The notes under the pieces were generated by a model. That model did not search any database. It was not told the origin of the DNA and was given only the letters and a program-made list of their open reading frames with translations. Shown here piece by piece: positions 17,583-26,597 of a DNA stretch of 64,000 nucleotides (position 1 is its first letter; each line of letters begins with the position of its first letter). The stretch lies in assembly GCA_050747825.1 (NCBI GenBank), contig JBOGJG010000300.1:17479-81478 (forward strand), given 5' to 3'. The stretch comes from Acidobacteriota bacterium (GTDB lineage Bacteria; Acidobacteriota; UBA6911; RPQK01; JBOGJG01). A program made the position numbers and the translations under genes.

Positions 17583-19001
17583 ATGGCGCTGGTCTGGACG
17601 ATGGCCAATCAAAAGTACGACCTAATTGTAATCGGATCCGGGCCTGCGGGCGAGAAGGGCGCCGCTCAAGCTGCCTATTTCGGAAAACGGGTGGCTCTAA
17701 TAGAGAAGCAGCCGGTCTTGGGGGGAGCGGCCGCCAATACCGGGACCATTCCTTCCAAGACCCTGCGAGAGACTGCTCTGTATCTGTCGGGATTTCGGCA
17801 CCGAGGTCTCTACGGCATCGACTTATCGCTGAAAAAAGAGCTCTCGGTCTCCGACCTGATGTATCGAGAGCGAATCGTCCGGGAAACTGAACGCTCCAGA
17901 ATTGCAGAGAATCTAAAAAGGCATCGGGTCGATCTTTACATCGGCACTGCGTCATTCGTTGACGGCCATACCATTTCGGTGCGCCCCGAAAATGCGCCGG
18001 AAGTGCGGATTGAAGGAGAAGTCATCCTCATCGCCACCGGCTCCTACCCTTATCGTCCTCCTCAGTTCCCTTTCCACGATCCGCGGGTTTACGATTCAGA
18101 CACTATCCTGACCCTGCGCAGCATGCCTCGCACGGTGCTCACAGCAGGAGCGGGAGTGATCGGCTCAGAATATGCCTGCATCTTTTCAGCTCTCGGGATT
18201 GACGTCACGCTGGTGGACGGCCGGCCGGAACTATTGCCCTTCCTTGACGCCCAGGTCTCCTCTTGCCTGAAGTCCAGCATGGAGGCGGCGGGAGTGTGCA
18301 CGATGATGCCCGACCAGGTTGAGACAGTGGCACCGACCCCCGAGTATGTTGAAGTTCAACTGCAGTCAGGCAGCCGTGTTCGCGTGGATGCGATCCTGGT
18401 GGCTGCCGGTCGAAATGGAAACACGCAGGCGCTGGGGCTGGACAAAATCGGTGTTGAAACCGGTAAACGGGGGCACGTCGAAGTCAATGAGCGATACCAG
18501 ACCAGTCTTCCTCACGTTTACGCCGCCGGTGACGTCATCGGCTTCCCTGCCCTGGCCTCCACTTCCATGGAGCAGGCCAGGATTGCCATGGTCCACGCCT
18601 TTGACCTGAAATACAAAACCGACCTGACCCACATACTTCCGCTGGGGATCTATACGATCCCCGAGTGCTCCGCAGCCGGGGAGACCGAACAAAGCGCAAA
18701 GGAAAAGAACATACCGTATGTAGTCGGAAAGACTTTTTATGAGACCAATGCGCGGGGGCAGATCATTGGGGAGCAGGGCGCTTTTCTTAAATTAATTTTC
18801 CAACGGGAAGATCTGAAGGTTATCGGCGTTCATGTGATTGGTGAGCAGGCCACCGATCTTGTCCATGTGGGGCTTACGGCTATGTTGATGGGTGCGGGCG
18901 CCGATGTTTTTATCAACACCTGTTATAACTTTCCTACCCTGGGTGAAATGTACAAGTATGCGACTTACGACGCCCTGGGAAAGAAGGCGCAGTCGGCCTG
19001 A
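17583..19001 (+). CDS. sthA: Soluble pyridine nucleotide transhydrogenase (Si-specific NAD(P)+ transhydrogenase)
   Basis: YDLIVIGSGPAG...GGAAANTGTIPSK is the FAD/disulfide-oxidoreductase N-terminus. Strongly SthA/UdhA-like throughout. Confidence 0.8.
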   Translation: MALVWTMANQKYDLIVIGSGPAGEKGAAQAAYFGKRVALIEKQPVLGGAAANTGTIPSKTLRETALYLSGFRHRGLYGIDLSLKKELSVSDLMYRERIVRETERSRIAENLKRHRVDLYIGTASFVDGHTISVRPENAPEVRIEGEVILIATGSYPYRPPQFPFHDPRVYDSDTILTLRSMPRTVLTAGAGVIGSEYACIFSALGIDVTLVDGRPELLPFLDAQVSSCLKSSMEAAGVCTMMPDQVETVAPTPEYVEVQLQSGSRVRVDAILVAAGRNGNTQALGLDKIGVETGKRGHVEVNERYQTSLPHVYAAGDVIGFPALASTSMEQARIAMVHAFDLKYKTDLTHILPLGIYTIPECSAAGETEQSAKEKNIPYVVGKTFYETNARGQIIGEQGAFLKLIFQREDLKVIGVHVIGEQATDLVHVGLTAMLMGAGADVFINTCYNFPTLGEMYKYATYDALGKKAQSA

Positions 19002-19004
19002 CTC

Positions 19005-19838
19005 ATGCAGAATGATTTCAAGCTTCGGCTGAAATTCTGGGGAGTTCGCGGCTCTACTCCAACTCCGCAACTGGAAAATCTAGGCTATGGAGGGAATACC
19101 TCCTGTCTGGAAGTTCGCAGCGCCGGCGGCGAGCTACTGATTTTGGACGGTGGAACCGGTATCCGCAACCTGGGGCGCTCGCTGGTAGAAGAAGCTGCCC
19201 GGTCAGATCTTTCGATCCATATGCTGCTCACGCACTTCCACTGGGATCACATTCAGGGCATTCCGTTTTTCGCCCCGCTTTATTTCCCTAGAAACAGCGT
19301 CACATTTTACGCCTTCGGGGACAGCGGCGGACCCGAAAAGATGCTGGCGGGCCAAATGCAGTCGCCGTATTTCCCGGTCGATTTGCATCGTGCACCGGCC
19401 AACAAGGAATTTGTTGTGATTGATAGAACTCCACTCAAGTTCGGAGACCTCTCGGTTTACCCCTTCCCACTCAATCACCCCCAAGGCGCTTTCGGTTACC
19501 GATTCGAATGCGAGGGGGCAAGTGCGGTTTATGCCACGGACCTGGAACATGGGCACGAAGAGCTGGACAAAGTTTTGAGAGAACACGCACAAAACGCTGA
19601 CATTCTGATCTACGATGCCCAATACACGCCCGAGGAGTACGAGTCGCACAAAGGCTGGGGACACAGCACCTGGTCAGAGGGAGCCCGCGTGGCCCGGGAG
19701 TCGAAAGTGGAGGAGCTTATCCTCTTCCACCACGACCCCGGGCATGACGATCGAATGTGCTTCGAAATCATCGAGAAGGCTCAAGGCCACTTCCCCAGAA
19801 CTCTGGCGGCGAAGGAACTCTGGACCGTACACTTATAA
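19005..19838 (+). CDS. MBL-fold metallo-hydrolase
   Basis: The HxHxDH motif (LTHFHWDHIQG) is present. 4-bp spacing from sthA. Confidence 0.75.
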   Translation: MQNDFKLRLKFWGVRGSTPTPQLENLGYGGNTSCLEVRSAGGELLILDGGTGIRNLGRSLVEEAARSDLSIHMLLTHFHWDHIQGIPFFAPLYFPRNSVTFYAFGDSGGPEKMLAGQMQSPYFPVDLHRAPANKEFVVIDRTPLKFGDLSVYPFPLNHPQGAFGYRFECEGASAVYATDLEHGHEELDKVLREHAQNADILIYDAQYTPEEYESHKGWGHSTWSEGARVARESKVEELILFHHDPGHDDRMCFEIIEKAQGHFPRTLAAKELWTVHL

Positions 19839-19897
19839 CTTAGTACTTCATTGTTTGGGATTTGATGCTTGAGATTTGGGGCTTTAACCCGGCGGGA

Positions 19898-21388
19898 TTA
19901 GCGGCTTAGGCCGAAAAAGCTTTGGACCCGCTTGAGGAAACTTTCCTCGGCATGCTGCGGGACTTGAACTGCTGCCAGCTCGGCGGATCTGGTCTCCAAC
20001 TCGCTTCTGCGCTCAGCCATCAGACTGCTGATGCGTATCACGATTTCCGGATCATCGAGGAGAACTTCGCGGAACGTTTCTTTGCGCAAGATAAAGGCTT
20101 CTACATCGTTTATAGCCTGCACAGTCGCCGAACGGTTCTCTCCGGTCAAAAGAGCCATTTCTCCGAAATATTGCCCTTCGCCTAAGATCGCCAACTGGTC
20201 AACAGCGCCGTCCATTTCCAGGATCACCCTTACCTGGCCACGACGGATAAAATACATCGAATCGCCCTTGTCTCCCTGTTGTACAATCCTCTCTCCACTG
20301 GCAAAAGTAATCGTTTCCAAACGCTGCGCGATCTGCTTGTGTATCTCTGAGTCCAGGGAGGCGAAAAGCTCCACCCTCTCCACGAAGTCCATGCGGCGAT
20401 TGAGTTCCACCTCGGACCCGGCCTTGAGTGATTCGCCATCGGAGTGCAGCCGGACGTCCCGGATTGGAAACGGAATCTTCATCCCCGCGCGCTCCAGACG
20501 GTAATAGAGCAAAGTCGTGAACTGGTCCATGACGGCCTCGCTGCGGGCAAAATCGTCGATCCAGAAGCGGCAGCGATAGTTAATCGAAAAATCGCTGTAT
20601 TCATCAAGGAGGACGTCCGGAGCAGGATCCGTCAAAATCTCCGGAATATCGGACATCGTCTGCAGGACCACCTGTTTCAGCTTATTAGGATGGATCTCAT
20701 AACCAAAGCCGATCCTCTTCTCCACTCTCATTATCCGGGAAGGATTAGTGAAGTTGACGATTGTATCCTTGGAAATGATTGTATTCGGAACGATATGGAA
20801 GTTGCCGGAACGGGTGCGAATTTTGGTGGCTCGCCAGGTAACCTCCGTGACGCGGCCTTCCAGTTGAGCGATCCTTACCCAGTCACCCACGAAGAAAGGT
20901 TTTTCGATCTGCAGCGCCAATCCGGAAAAGAGATTGCCCAGAGTATCCTGGAGGGCAAGACCAATGACCAGCGCTCCGACAGCCGAGGTGGTTAGAAACT
21001 TCTCCGGCGCCCAGTAAGCGGCGATCAGAGCAAAAGTCCCAATCACAATCGCATCCTGAACGATGGATGGATACTTCTCAGACACGGAAGCGCCTTTGAA
21101 GCGGTTGAAAACGAGCACCACAGCCGCGATGATGACTGCCAGGAGGATGATGAGCCCTTCCAGATCCTCCACCTTCTGCTGGCCGCTGCCAGGAGCCGGC
21201 TCAACGGTCGGCTGGCCGCTATAGTAATAGACCAGGCCCATCACGGCCGCTGCACAGAGAAAAAAGAGGCTGAGCCCCAGCCTCTTTTTAATCCATGGAT
21301 TGGTCGTGAGCCCTCTCAGCAGCAGAAAGATTAGACCAGCCAAAACCGGTCCCAGAATAAAGAAGAGCGCGAACGAACTGATCACCAC
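19898..21388 (-). CDS. Mechanosensitive channel (MscS family) fused to a C-terminal cyclic-nucleotide-binding domain
   Basis: N-terminal TM helices plus the MscS beta-domain (...GDWVRIAQLEGRVTEVTWRATKIRTRSGNFHIVPN...). The C-terminus has the cNMP motif FGEMALLTGENRSATVQA. Confidence 0.8.
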   Translation of the reverse strand: MVISSFALFFILGPVLAGLIFLLLRGLTTNPWIKKRLGLSLFFLCAAAVMGLVYYYSGQPTVEPAPGSGQQKVEDLEGLIILLAVIIAAVVLVFNRFKGASVSEKYPSIVQDAIVIGTFALIAAYWAPEKFLTTSAVGALVIGLALQDTLGNLFSGLALQIEKPFFVGDWVRIAQLEGRVTEVTWRATKIRTRSGNFHIVPNTIISKDTIVNFTNPSRIMRVEKRIGFGYEIHPNKLKQVVLQTMSDIPEILTDPAPDVLLDEYSDFSINYRCRFWIDDFARSEAVMDQFTTLLYYRLERAGMKIPFPIRDVRLHSDGESLKAGSEVELNRRMDFVERVELFASLDSEIHKQIAQRLETITFASGERIVQQGDKGDSMYFIRRGQVRVILEMDGAVDQLAILGEGQYFGEMALLTGENRSATVQAINDVEAFILRKETFREVLLDDPEIVIRISSLMAERRSELETRSAELAAVQVPQHAEESFLKRVQSFFGLSR

Positions 21389-21675
21389 TCAGCCAAGCCT
21401 CCCCGTTCCTTGAACTTCTTCAGCTCGTCGGGAGTAATTTCGAGGCTGACTACCTCAGGGTTCCCGGATTCCTCCATTCCGAATTCCGTTTCGACTCCTC
21501 GCGCCGCGGCTGAGCCAGTGACTTGGGCGCTTTTTTTCCCGCCTGAACTGCCTCCTGTCAATCCTGAGATCTCTGATTTCATTCTATAAAATATGACATT
21601 CCATTATAGTCCTCTTTTAGGTCCGACTTTCCCTGGCCTGGGTTGGCCTGGCCGTGATTATGGGCAGGTACCTGG

Positions 21676-23346
21676 TTATTGCTCTGGATTCCGATTGAAC
21701 TTGAAGTAAGGCAGCCGTACGCCCCGTATAAAGATCTGGTCGGCCCGGATGGACGGGGTGGCCTCAAAACCTTCGGATCCGGCTGCGGCCACCACGTCGT
21801 CCTGCTCGACCCCGTCACCGCTGATCCCCAGTCCGCCGATTAGCTCTCTGTCTCTGTAAAGCGGCGCGCTTCCCGGGAAGAATACGACGCTATTGATGTT
21901 GGCAGGATTCTGATCGTCCAACCCCTGCGAGCAGGGATTGGCAAAATCGCGCAGATAGAGGTCAAAGAACGGTCCCGGCGCTGTGCCGTCAATTCCGGGA
22001 GGATAGAAGGGCTGCGCTCCGAAGCTGATGGTGCGATTAGTTACAGCAGTGCCCGGAGGGACTTCCGGCAAATCCTGGGGGTGGAGTCTCTGGCTGCTGA
22101 AATATACGACATTACGGGACTTGGCCACGGCGACATCGATACTGAAGACAGTCGCATCTGCCATCCGGTAGAGCGCTAAAAGATTTCCCTCCAGATCGGA
22201 GACCGCGATGGCCATCCGCGCCCGGCTGCCCAGTGGAAGGCGAATGGCGGCCCGAGTTCGGTCGGCCTGCGCGATGGACTGCTCGACAATGCGCTGGACT
22301 TCTTCAGCCGACAGTTCGGGACTGCTCCCTGGATTTTCCGGACCTCCCACCAGCCAGCCGGCGGGCATCGTACTTCCCTCTCGGGGCGCAACCAGATAGC
22401 CTCCCGCAATCACTCCGGCGGAGGTCCCTGCCGGTTGAGTGGTCTGGCGAACAAAAGGAAGACGGACGCCGTCCAGAAAGACGGCTCCGGGTGGCGGGAC
22501 GCAGGGAAGCGGTCCGAATCCCGGGCCGCCCGAGAGGCTTCCTGCCAGCGCGGCATACTCGGCGTGATCCGGGGGAACTCCAAAAACCCCGATGCCCCCG
22601 ACCACCTGACAATCTTTGAAGAGCGGAATACCCCCTCCGTGGACCTGCTCCGGTTTCAGATCGAAAAGCTCCTCTTCCGGGATCTCTATGAGACGGCCAT
22701 TTTCAAGTCGGCCCGAAAATTTTCCGGTGCTGACGCCCGGCCCGCAGCCGCTCTGATCGAACGCATCACAGGGAAGTTCAGGACCCTGTGCCAGTCCCTC
22801 CTCTCTCAAAAAGGCCGCCAGCGAGCGGGCTCGAGGTACGAATTTCCCGGTGTTGAATTCTGTATTGAAGGAGCAGCCTCGATTGGTATTTTCAATACCA
22901 TAGAGAGCTCCGTTGGGCTGAAAAGGGATTCCAGGGGGAAAGTGAATCTGGCTAATAAAGCGCACGGTTCGGGAAGAGAGGGGAGCTTGATTATTGCTGA
23001 AAAAGGCGCCCGTGCGGGCCAGTGAAAGCGCCCGCTCGGCTATCTCCAGCGTCGCCTCAGGTTTTTGCCAGACCGCCAGAACGTTTCCCGCCCGATCCAC
23101 GACCACGACTGAATAGGTATTGGAATCCAGAGCGGTCACTGCAGCGCTCACCACAGCATCTACCTGCGCGCTGGTTAATGAGCCTGGATCGAAGTCGGTT
23201 GCCTGCTCCAGCGTCTGTCTTCCCGGCAGCGAAGACCGGCGTTTGAGAAACTCGTAAAGCTTTGACACCTGCAGAGTGAAATCCTGAGCCAAGGTGGGCG
23301 CAGCAACCAGAATACAGAGAGCAAGGACAAGCGAAAGACGGCTCAC
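21676..23346 (-). CDS. Secreted protein with two tandem GlcG/HbpS-like (DUF336) domains
   Basis: Signal peptide. Repeat 1 is ...AQVDAVVSAAVTALDS..YSVVVVDRAGNVLAVW. Repeat 2 is ...EEVQRIVEQSIAQADRTRAA....MAIAVSDLEGNLLALY. Confidence 0.5.
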   Translation of the reverse strand: MSRLSLVLALCILVAAPTLAQDFTLQVSKLYEFLKRRSSLPGRQTLEQATDFDPGSLTSAQVDAVVSAAVTALDSNTYSVVVVDRAGNVLAVWQKPEATLEIAERALSLARTGAFFSNNQAPLSSRTVRFISQIHFPPGIPFQPNGALYGIENTNRGCSFNTEFNTGKFVPRARSLAAFLREEGLAQGPELPCDAFDQSGCGPGVSTGKFSGRLENGRLIEIPEEELFDLKPEQVHGGGIPLFKDCQVVGGIGVFGVPPDHAEYAALAGSLSGGPGFGPLPCVPPPGAVFLDGVRLPFVRQTTQPAGTSAGVIAGGYLVAPREGSTMPAGWLVGGPENPGSSPELSAEEVQRIVEQSIAQADRTRAAIRLPLGSRARMAIAVSDLEGNLLALYRMADATVFSIDVAVAKSRNVVYFSSQRLHPQDLPEVPPGTAVTNRTISFGAQPFYPPGIDGTAPGPFFDLYLRDFANPCSQGLDDQNPANINSVVFFPGSAPLYRDRELIGGLGISGDGVEQDDVVAAAGSEGFEATPSIRADQIFIRGVRLPYFKFNRNPEQ

Positions 23347-23546
23347 AGCAGGCGAATTATCACAGAAGATGTGCTTGGCAGCAAGGTGGACTCCTGATGA
23401 AGTCGTTTATTTCCTGCGGCTGTGCTAAGTACATGGGTTCATGAATTCAGTCACGTGTTTTTAGCCAGTAGAGTAGAGGAGGGCGGGTCTGAGTAAGGCG
23501 TCGCCCGGGTTTGACCCAGGGATAGCTAATAAGGTATTAAAAAAGT

Positions 23547-23801
23547 ATGAATACGAATGTAAAGAGCAGCATTACATTGCCCGCAGACGATCTCCGCCGA
23601 GTCAAGCGCTTGAAGGAGCGCCTGCAGCTGAAGAGCAACGTGGCTGTGGTTCGTGAGGGACTCCGAGTGCTGGAGGAAAAGAGCGACCGCGAGGCTTTAG
23701 GGCAAGAATTCCGCAAGGCCTCGTTGGCGACACGGCAGGCCCTGTTTGAAGAGCTGGAAGAGCTCGATCATCTCGCCAGTGAGGGGCTGAATTCCGCGTG
23801 A
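23547..23801 (+). CDS. Type II antitoxin (MazE/RHH-like) of the MazF pair
   Basis: 84 aa, overlapping the toxin by 4 bp. Confidence 0.55.
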   Translation: MNTNVKSSITLPADDLRRVKRLKERLQLKSNVAVVREGLRVLEEKSDREALGQEFRKASLATRQALFEELEELDHLASEGLNSA

Positions 23802-24139
23802 AGATAGAACACGGGCGCCTCTACCTGGCCGATCTTAATCCGCGCTTTGGAACGGAACCGGGAAAAATGCGGCTGGTCCTCGTGATTCAATCCGATCTTC
23901 TCAATGAAACAGGTCATCCCTCGACGTGGATTGTCCCCTGCACCACATGGCTCGCCGGTGGGAACGCACTGCGTGTGGTTCTCCCCAAAGGAATTGCGGC
24001 CAATGACAAGGAATGCGAGGTGATGGTCGATCAGAGCCGTGTCATCGACAATCGCCGAATCGGCAAGCCGCTTAGCTTCCTTCCAACTCTCCTCTTGTGC
24101 GAAGTTAAAGAGAAGATGCGGCGGGCAGGCGACCTCTAA
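23798..24139 (+). CDS. mazF: MazF/PemK-family endoribonuclease toxin
   Basis: GRLYLADLNP..G.E.GK.RLVLVIQSD...STWIVPCTT.... matches the PemK/MazF fold signature. Confidence 0.75.
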   Translation: MKIEHGRLYLADLNPRFGTEPGKMRLVLVIQSDLLNETGHPSTWIVPCTTWLAGGNALRVVLPKGIAANDKECEVMVDQSRVIDNRRIGKPLSFLPTLLLCEVKEKMRRAGDL

Positions 24140-24264
24140 GGATTCGCGCACAGGCCACCTGGATGAGTTGCCCGCGCAGCGCCATGGCAAGGGCCGGCCA
24201 GAGACCGCAGCTACGTCTTGAACGAGCACGTTTGACACATTTCAGTCAAATAGATCTGCCAGGC

Positions 24265-24320
24265 TCTGTGAAATCCGTGGCCCATCTATGTTGGTGTATT
24301 TGTGAAATCGTGTGCTAAGT
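24265..24320. repeat. Family B repeat, partial copy (tgtgaaatccgtggccc) plus a degenerate direct repeat
   Basis: It matches the ccacggatttcacgg / ccgtgaaatccgtgg arms seen at 41346, 47128, 57074 and 61770. Confidence 0.4.
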
Positions 24321-26558
24321 TATTGGGCATTCATGCCAAAAGCTTTTCCTCCAGTCGGCCGAAATGCGGCTTTTCTCCTGTCCATGACCGCCTTATTGGC
24401 GCTTTTGGCCATGGATGCGCTGGGGGCGAGTTTTCAGATCCGCCGCCCTCCTCCCGCGCAGCCAGGGAATAGCGCCGAGATTCATGGGCTTGTAAGTGCC
24501 GAAGCGGGAACGCCGATTGCCGGTGCGGTCGTCACTGTAATGCATCAGGAGAGCGGAGAAAGGTCGGGAGTCGTCACCGGACCGGACGGCCTGTATTTGA
24601 TTGCAAGCCTTGCGCCGGGGATGTACGAGTTGACAGTCGAGCGTGAACCTTTCGGCTCAGCGTCACTCCCAGAGGTCGCATTGGAGGCAGGAGAGCGATT
24701 GGAGATCAATCTGCAACTAAAACCATCCGGTTCAGAGATTCTCCAGAGAAGACTGCGCCGGCCCGGTGAAGACGCTTCCCCGGCGGGAGAGCTGGAATCG
24801 GAGCTCCCGGAAGCTCCTGTCCCTTCACCGGCTATTCGCAGGCCTGGTGAACCGGCAGAGCCATCTCAAAGGCCGACCGATGCAGTCACGGCAAGACCAC
24901 CGGAATTCGAGCCGCTGGGGCATGCGGGAGCGGCCCATCAGACCTCGAATGTGCCCGCCACGGAAGATTTCATTCCCATCTCCGACCGCTGGCGAATAGG
25001 CCTGCCTCCATGGGATCGCTATGCCCCATATGGAGGAGATTATCCCTATGTCCGCGGAAGAACTCTGGATCCCTACAACCAGAACGTCCTGAAGGGCGAT
25101 TATCCGATCTTGGGCGATGACTGGTTCGTAGTATTATCTGCTACCAGCGACACCATTGCAGAATACCGGCGCGTGCCCACCGTGGGTCCTCCCAGCGCGG
25201 CCCGCCCCAACGAGCCGGCTTTCTTCAGCCGGGGCGACCAGTTTCAGTTTTTCGAAAACATCATTTTTACCGCCGAGCTGTTTCGAGGCTACACCTCCTT
25301 CAAGCCTTTTGACCTGCAGTTTCGCGTCACGCCGGCTTTTAGCGCCAATTTTCTGCAGGCCCGGGAAACGGGCCTCGTCAATATCGATGTTAGAAGAGGC
25401 ACCACGCGCTGGGATTACCACCCCGCGCTGCAGGAAGCGTTTGCAGAAATCCGGCTGGCTGAAACCAGCCCCTTCTTCGACTTCGTTTCCGTGAGGGTGG
25501 GAACCCAGTTCTTTAACAGCGATTTCCGCGGATTTATTTTCTTTGACAATCAGCCGGGGCTTCGTCTTTTCGGCAACCTCAAAGCCAACAAGCATCAGTA
25601 CAACCTTGGGTACTTCTATCTTCTCGAGAAGGACACCAACAGCCTGCTGAATAAATTCGAGGAACGGCGGCAGGAGGTTTTCGTCGCCAATTACTACATC
25701 CAGGACTTCGTAAAGCTCGGCTACACAACCGAATTCAGCGTGCATGTCAATCACGACAAGCCCGATTTTCACATGGACAACAACGGTTTCCTGGTCCGGC
25801 CGGCCCAGGTCGGAAACGTCGTCCCCAAGAGCGTGAACGCAGTTTACCTGGGGTGGAGCGGAGACGGCCACTTCCGCACCCTGAACATCAATCATGCTTT
25901 TTACCAGGTGCTCGGCCAGGAAAAGCCCAATCAAATCGCGGGCGATGTTTTCGGCCCCAGGGACACGGATATCAACGCGCACATGGTTGCCCTCGAGCTT
26001 TCCGTCGATCGGGATTGGAAGCGCTATAAGGGCTCGTTTTTTTATGCCTCGGGAGACGATAACATTTCGGATGGCCGCGCTCGCGGATTTGACACCATTG
26101 TGGACAATATGAACTTCGCGGGTGGGCCGCTGAGCCTGTGGAATCGGCAGAGCGTCCGGCTAACCGGAACCGCCGTTGGCCTGATGCCTCGATTCAGCCT
26201 TCTTCCCAGCCTGCGCAGCGCCAAAGAGGAAGGCCAGGCCAACTTTGTCAATCCGGGTTTGCTGCTCTTCAATGCGGGTATGGATGCAGAGCTGACTCCC
26301 AGGCTGAGGACCTCGATCAACGCCAATCTGATGTGGTTCTCTCACACGGAGGTGCTGGAGGCGCTGCTCTTTCAGTCCGAGATCGGGCGCTTTATAGGTA
26401 CGGACGTCAGTCTGGGAGCCAGATGGCGCCCCTTTCTAAATAACAACATTATTGTGAACCTGGGCGTGGCCGGACTGATCCCGGGAGGCGGTTTCAAGGA
26501 CGTTTATAGTTCTAAGGCGCTTTTATCGACGTTTCTGGATTTGAGATTGACGTACTGA
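24312..26558 (+). CDS. Secreted/outer-membrane protein: N-terminal carboxypeptidase-regulatory-like domain plus a large probable beta-barrel or beta-rich domain
   Basis: Signal peptide. ...GLVSAEAGTPIAGAVVTVMHQESGERSGVVTGPDGLYLIASLAPGMYELTVE is a CarboxypepD_reg-like domain. The rest has alternating amphipathic beta-strand-like segments rich in aromatics. Confidence 0.4.
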   Translation: MLSYWAFMPKAFPPVGRNAAFLLSMTALLALLAMDALGASFQIRRPPPAQPGNSAEIHGLVSAEAGTPIAGAVVTVMHQESGERSGVVTGPDGLYLIASLAPGMYELTVEREPFGSASLPEVALEAGERLEINLQLKPSGSEILQRRLRRPGEDASPAGELESELPEAPVPSPAIRRPGEPAEPSQRPTDAVTARPPEFEPLGHAGAAHQTSNVPATEDFIPISDRWRIGLPPWDRYAPYGGDYPYVRGRTLDPYNQNVLKGDYPILGDDWFVVLSATSDTIAEYRRVPTVGPPSAARPNEPAFFSRGDQFQFFENIIFTAELFRGYTSFKPFDLQFRVTPAFSANFLQARETGLVNIDVRRGTTRWDYHPALQEAFAEIRLAETSPFFDFVSVRVGTQFFNSDFRGFIFFDNQPGLRLFGNLKANKHQYNLGYFYLLEKDTNSLLNKFEERRQEVFVANYYIQDFVKLGYTTEFSVHVNHDKPDFHMDNNGFLVRPAQVGNVVPKSVNAVYLGWSGDGHFRTLNINHAFYQVLGQEKPNQIAGDVFGPRDTDINAHMVALELSVDRDWKRYKGSFFYASGDDNISDGRARGFDTIVDNMNFAGGPLSLWNRQSVRLTGTAVGLMPRFSLLPSLRSAKEEGQANFVNPGLLLFNAGMDAELTPRLRTSINANLMWFSHTEVLEALLFQSEIGRFIGTDVSLGARWRPFLNNNIIVNLGVAGLIPGGGFKDVYSSKALLSTFLDLRLTY

Positions 26559-26597
26559 GCGGTTGTTGGTTTCTTAGTTTCTTGGTTTCGGTGCCCT

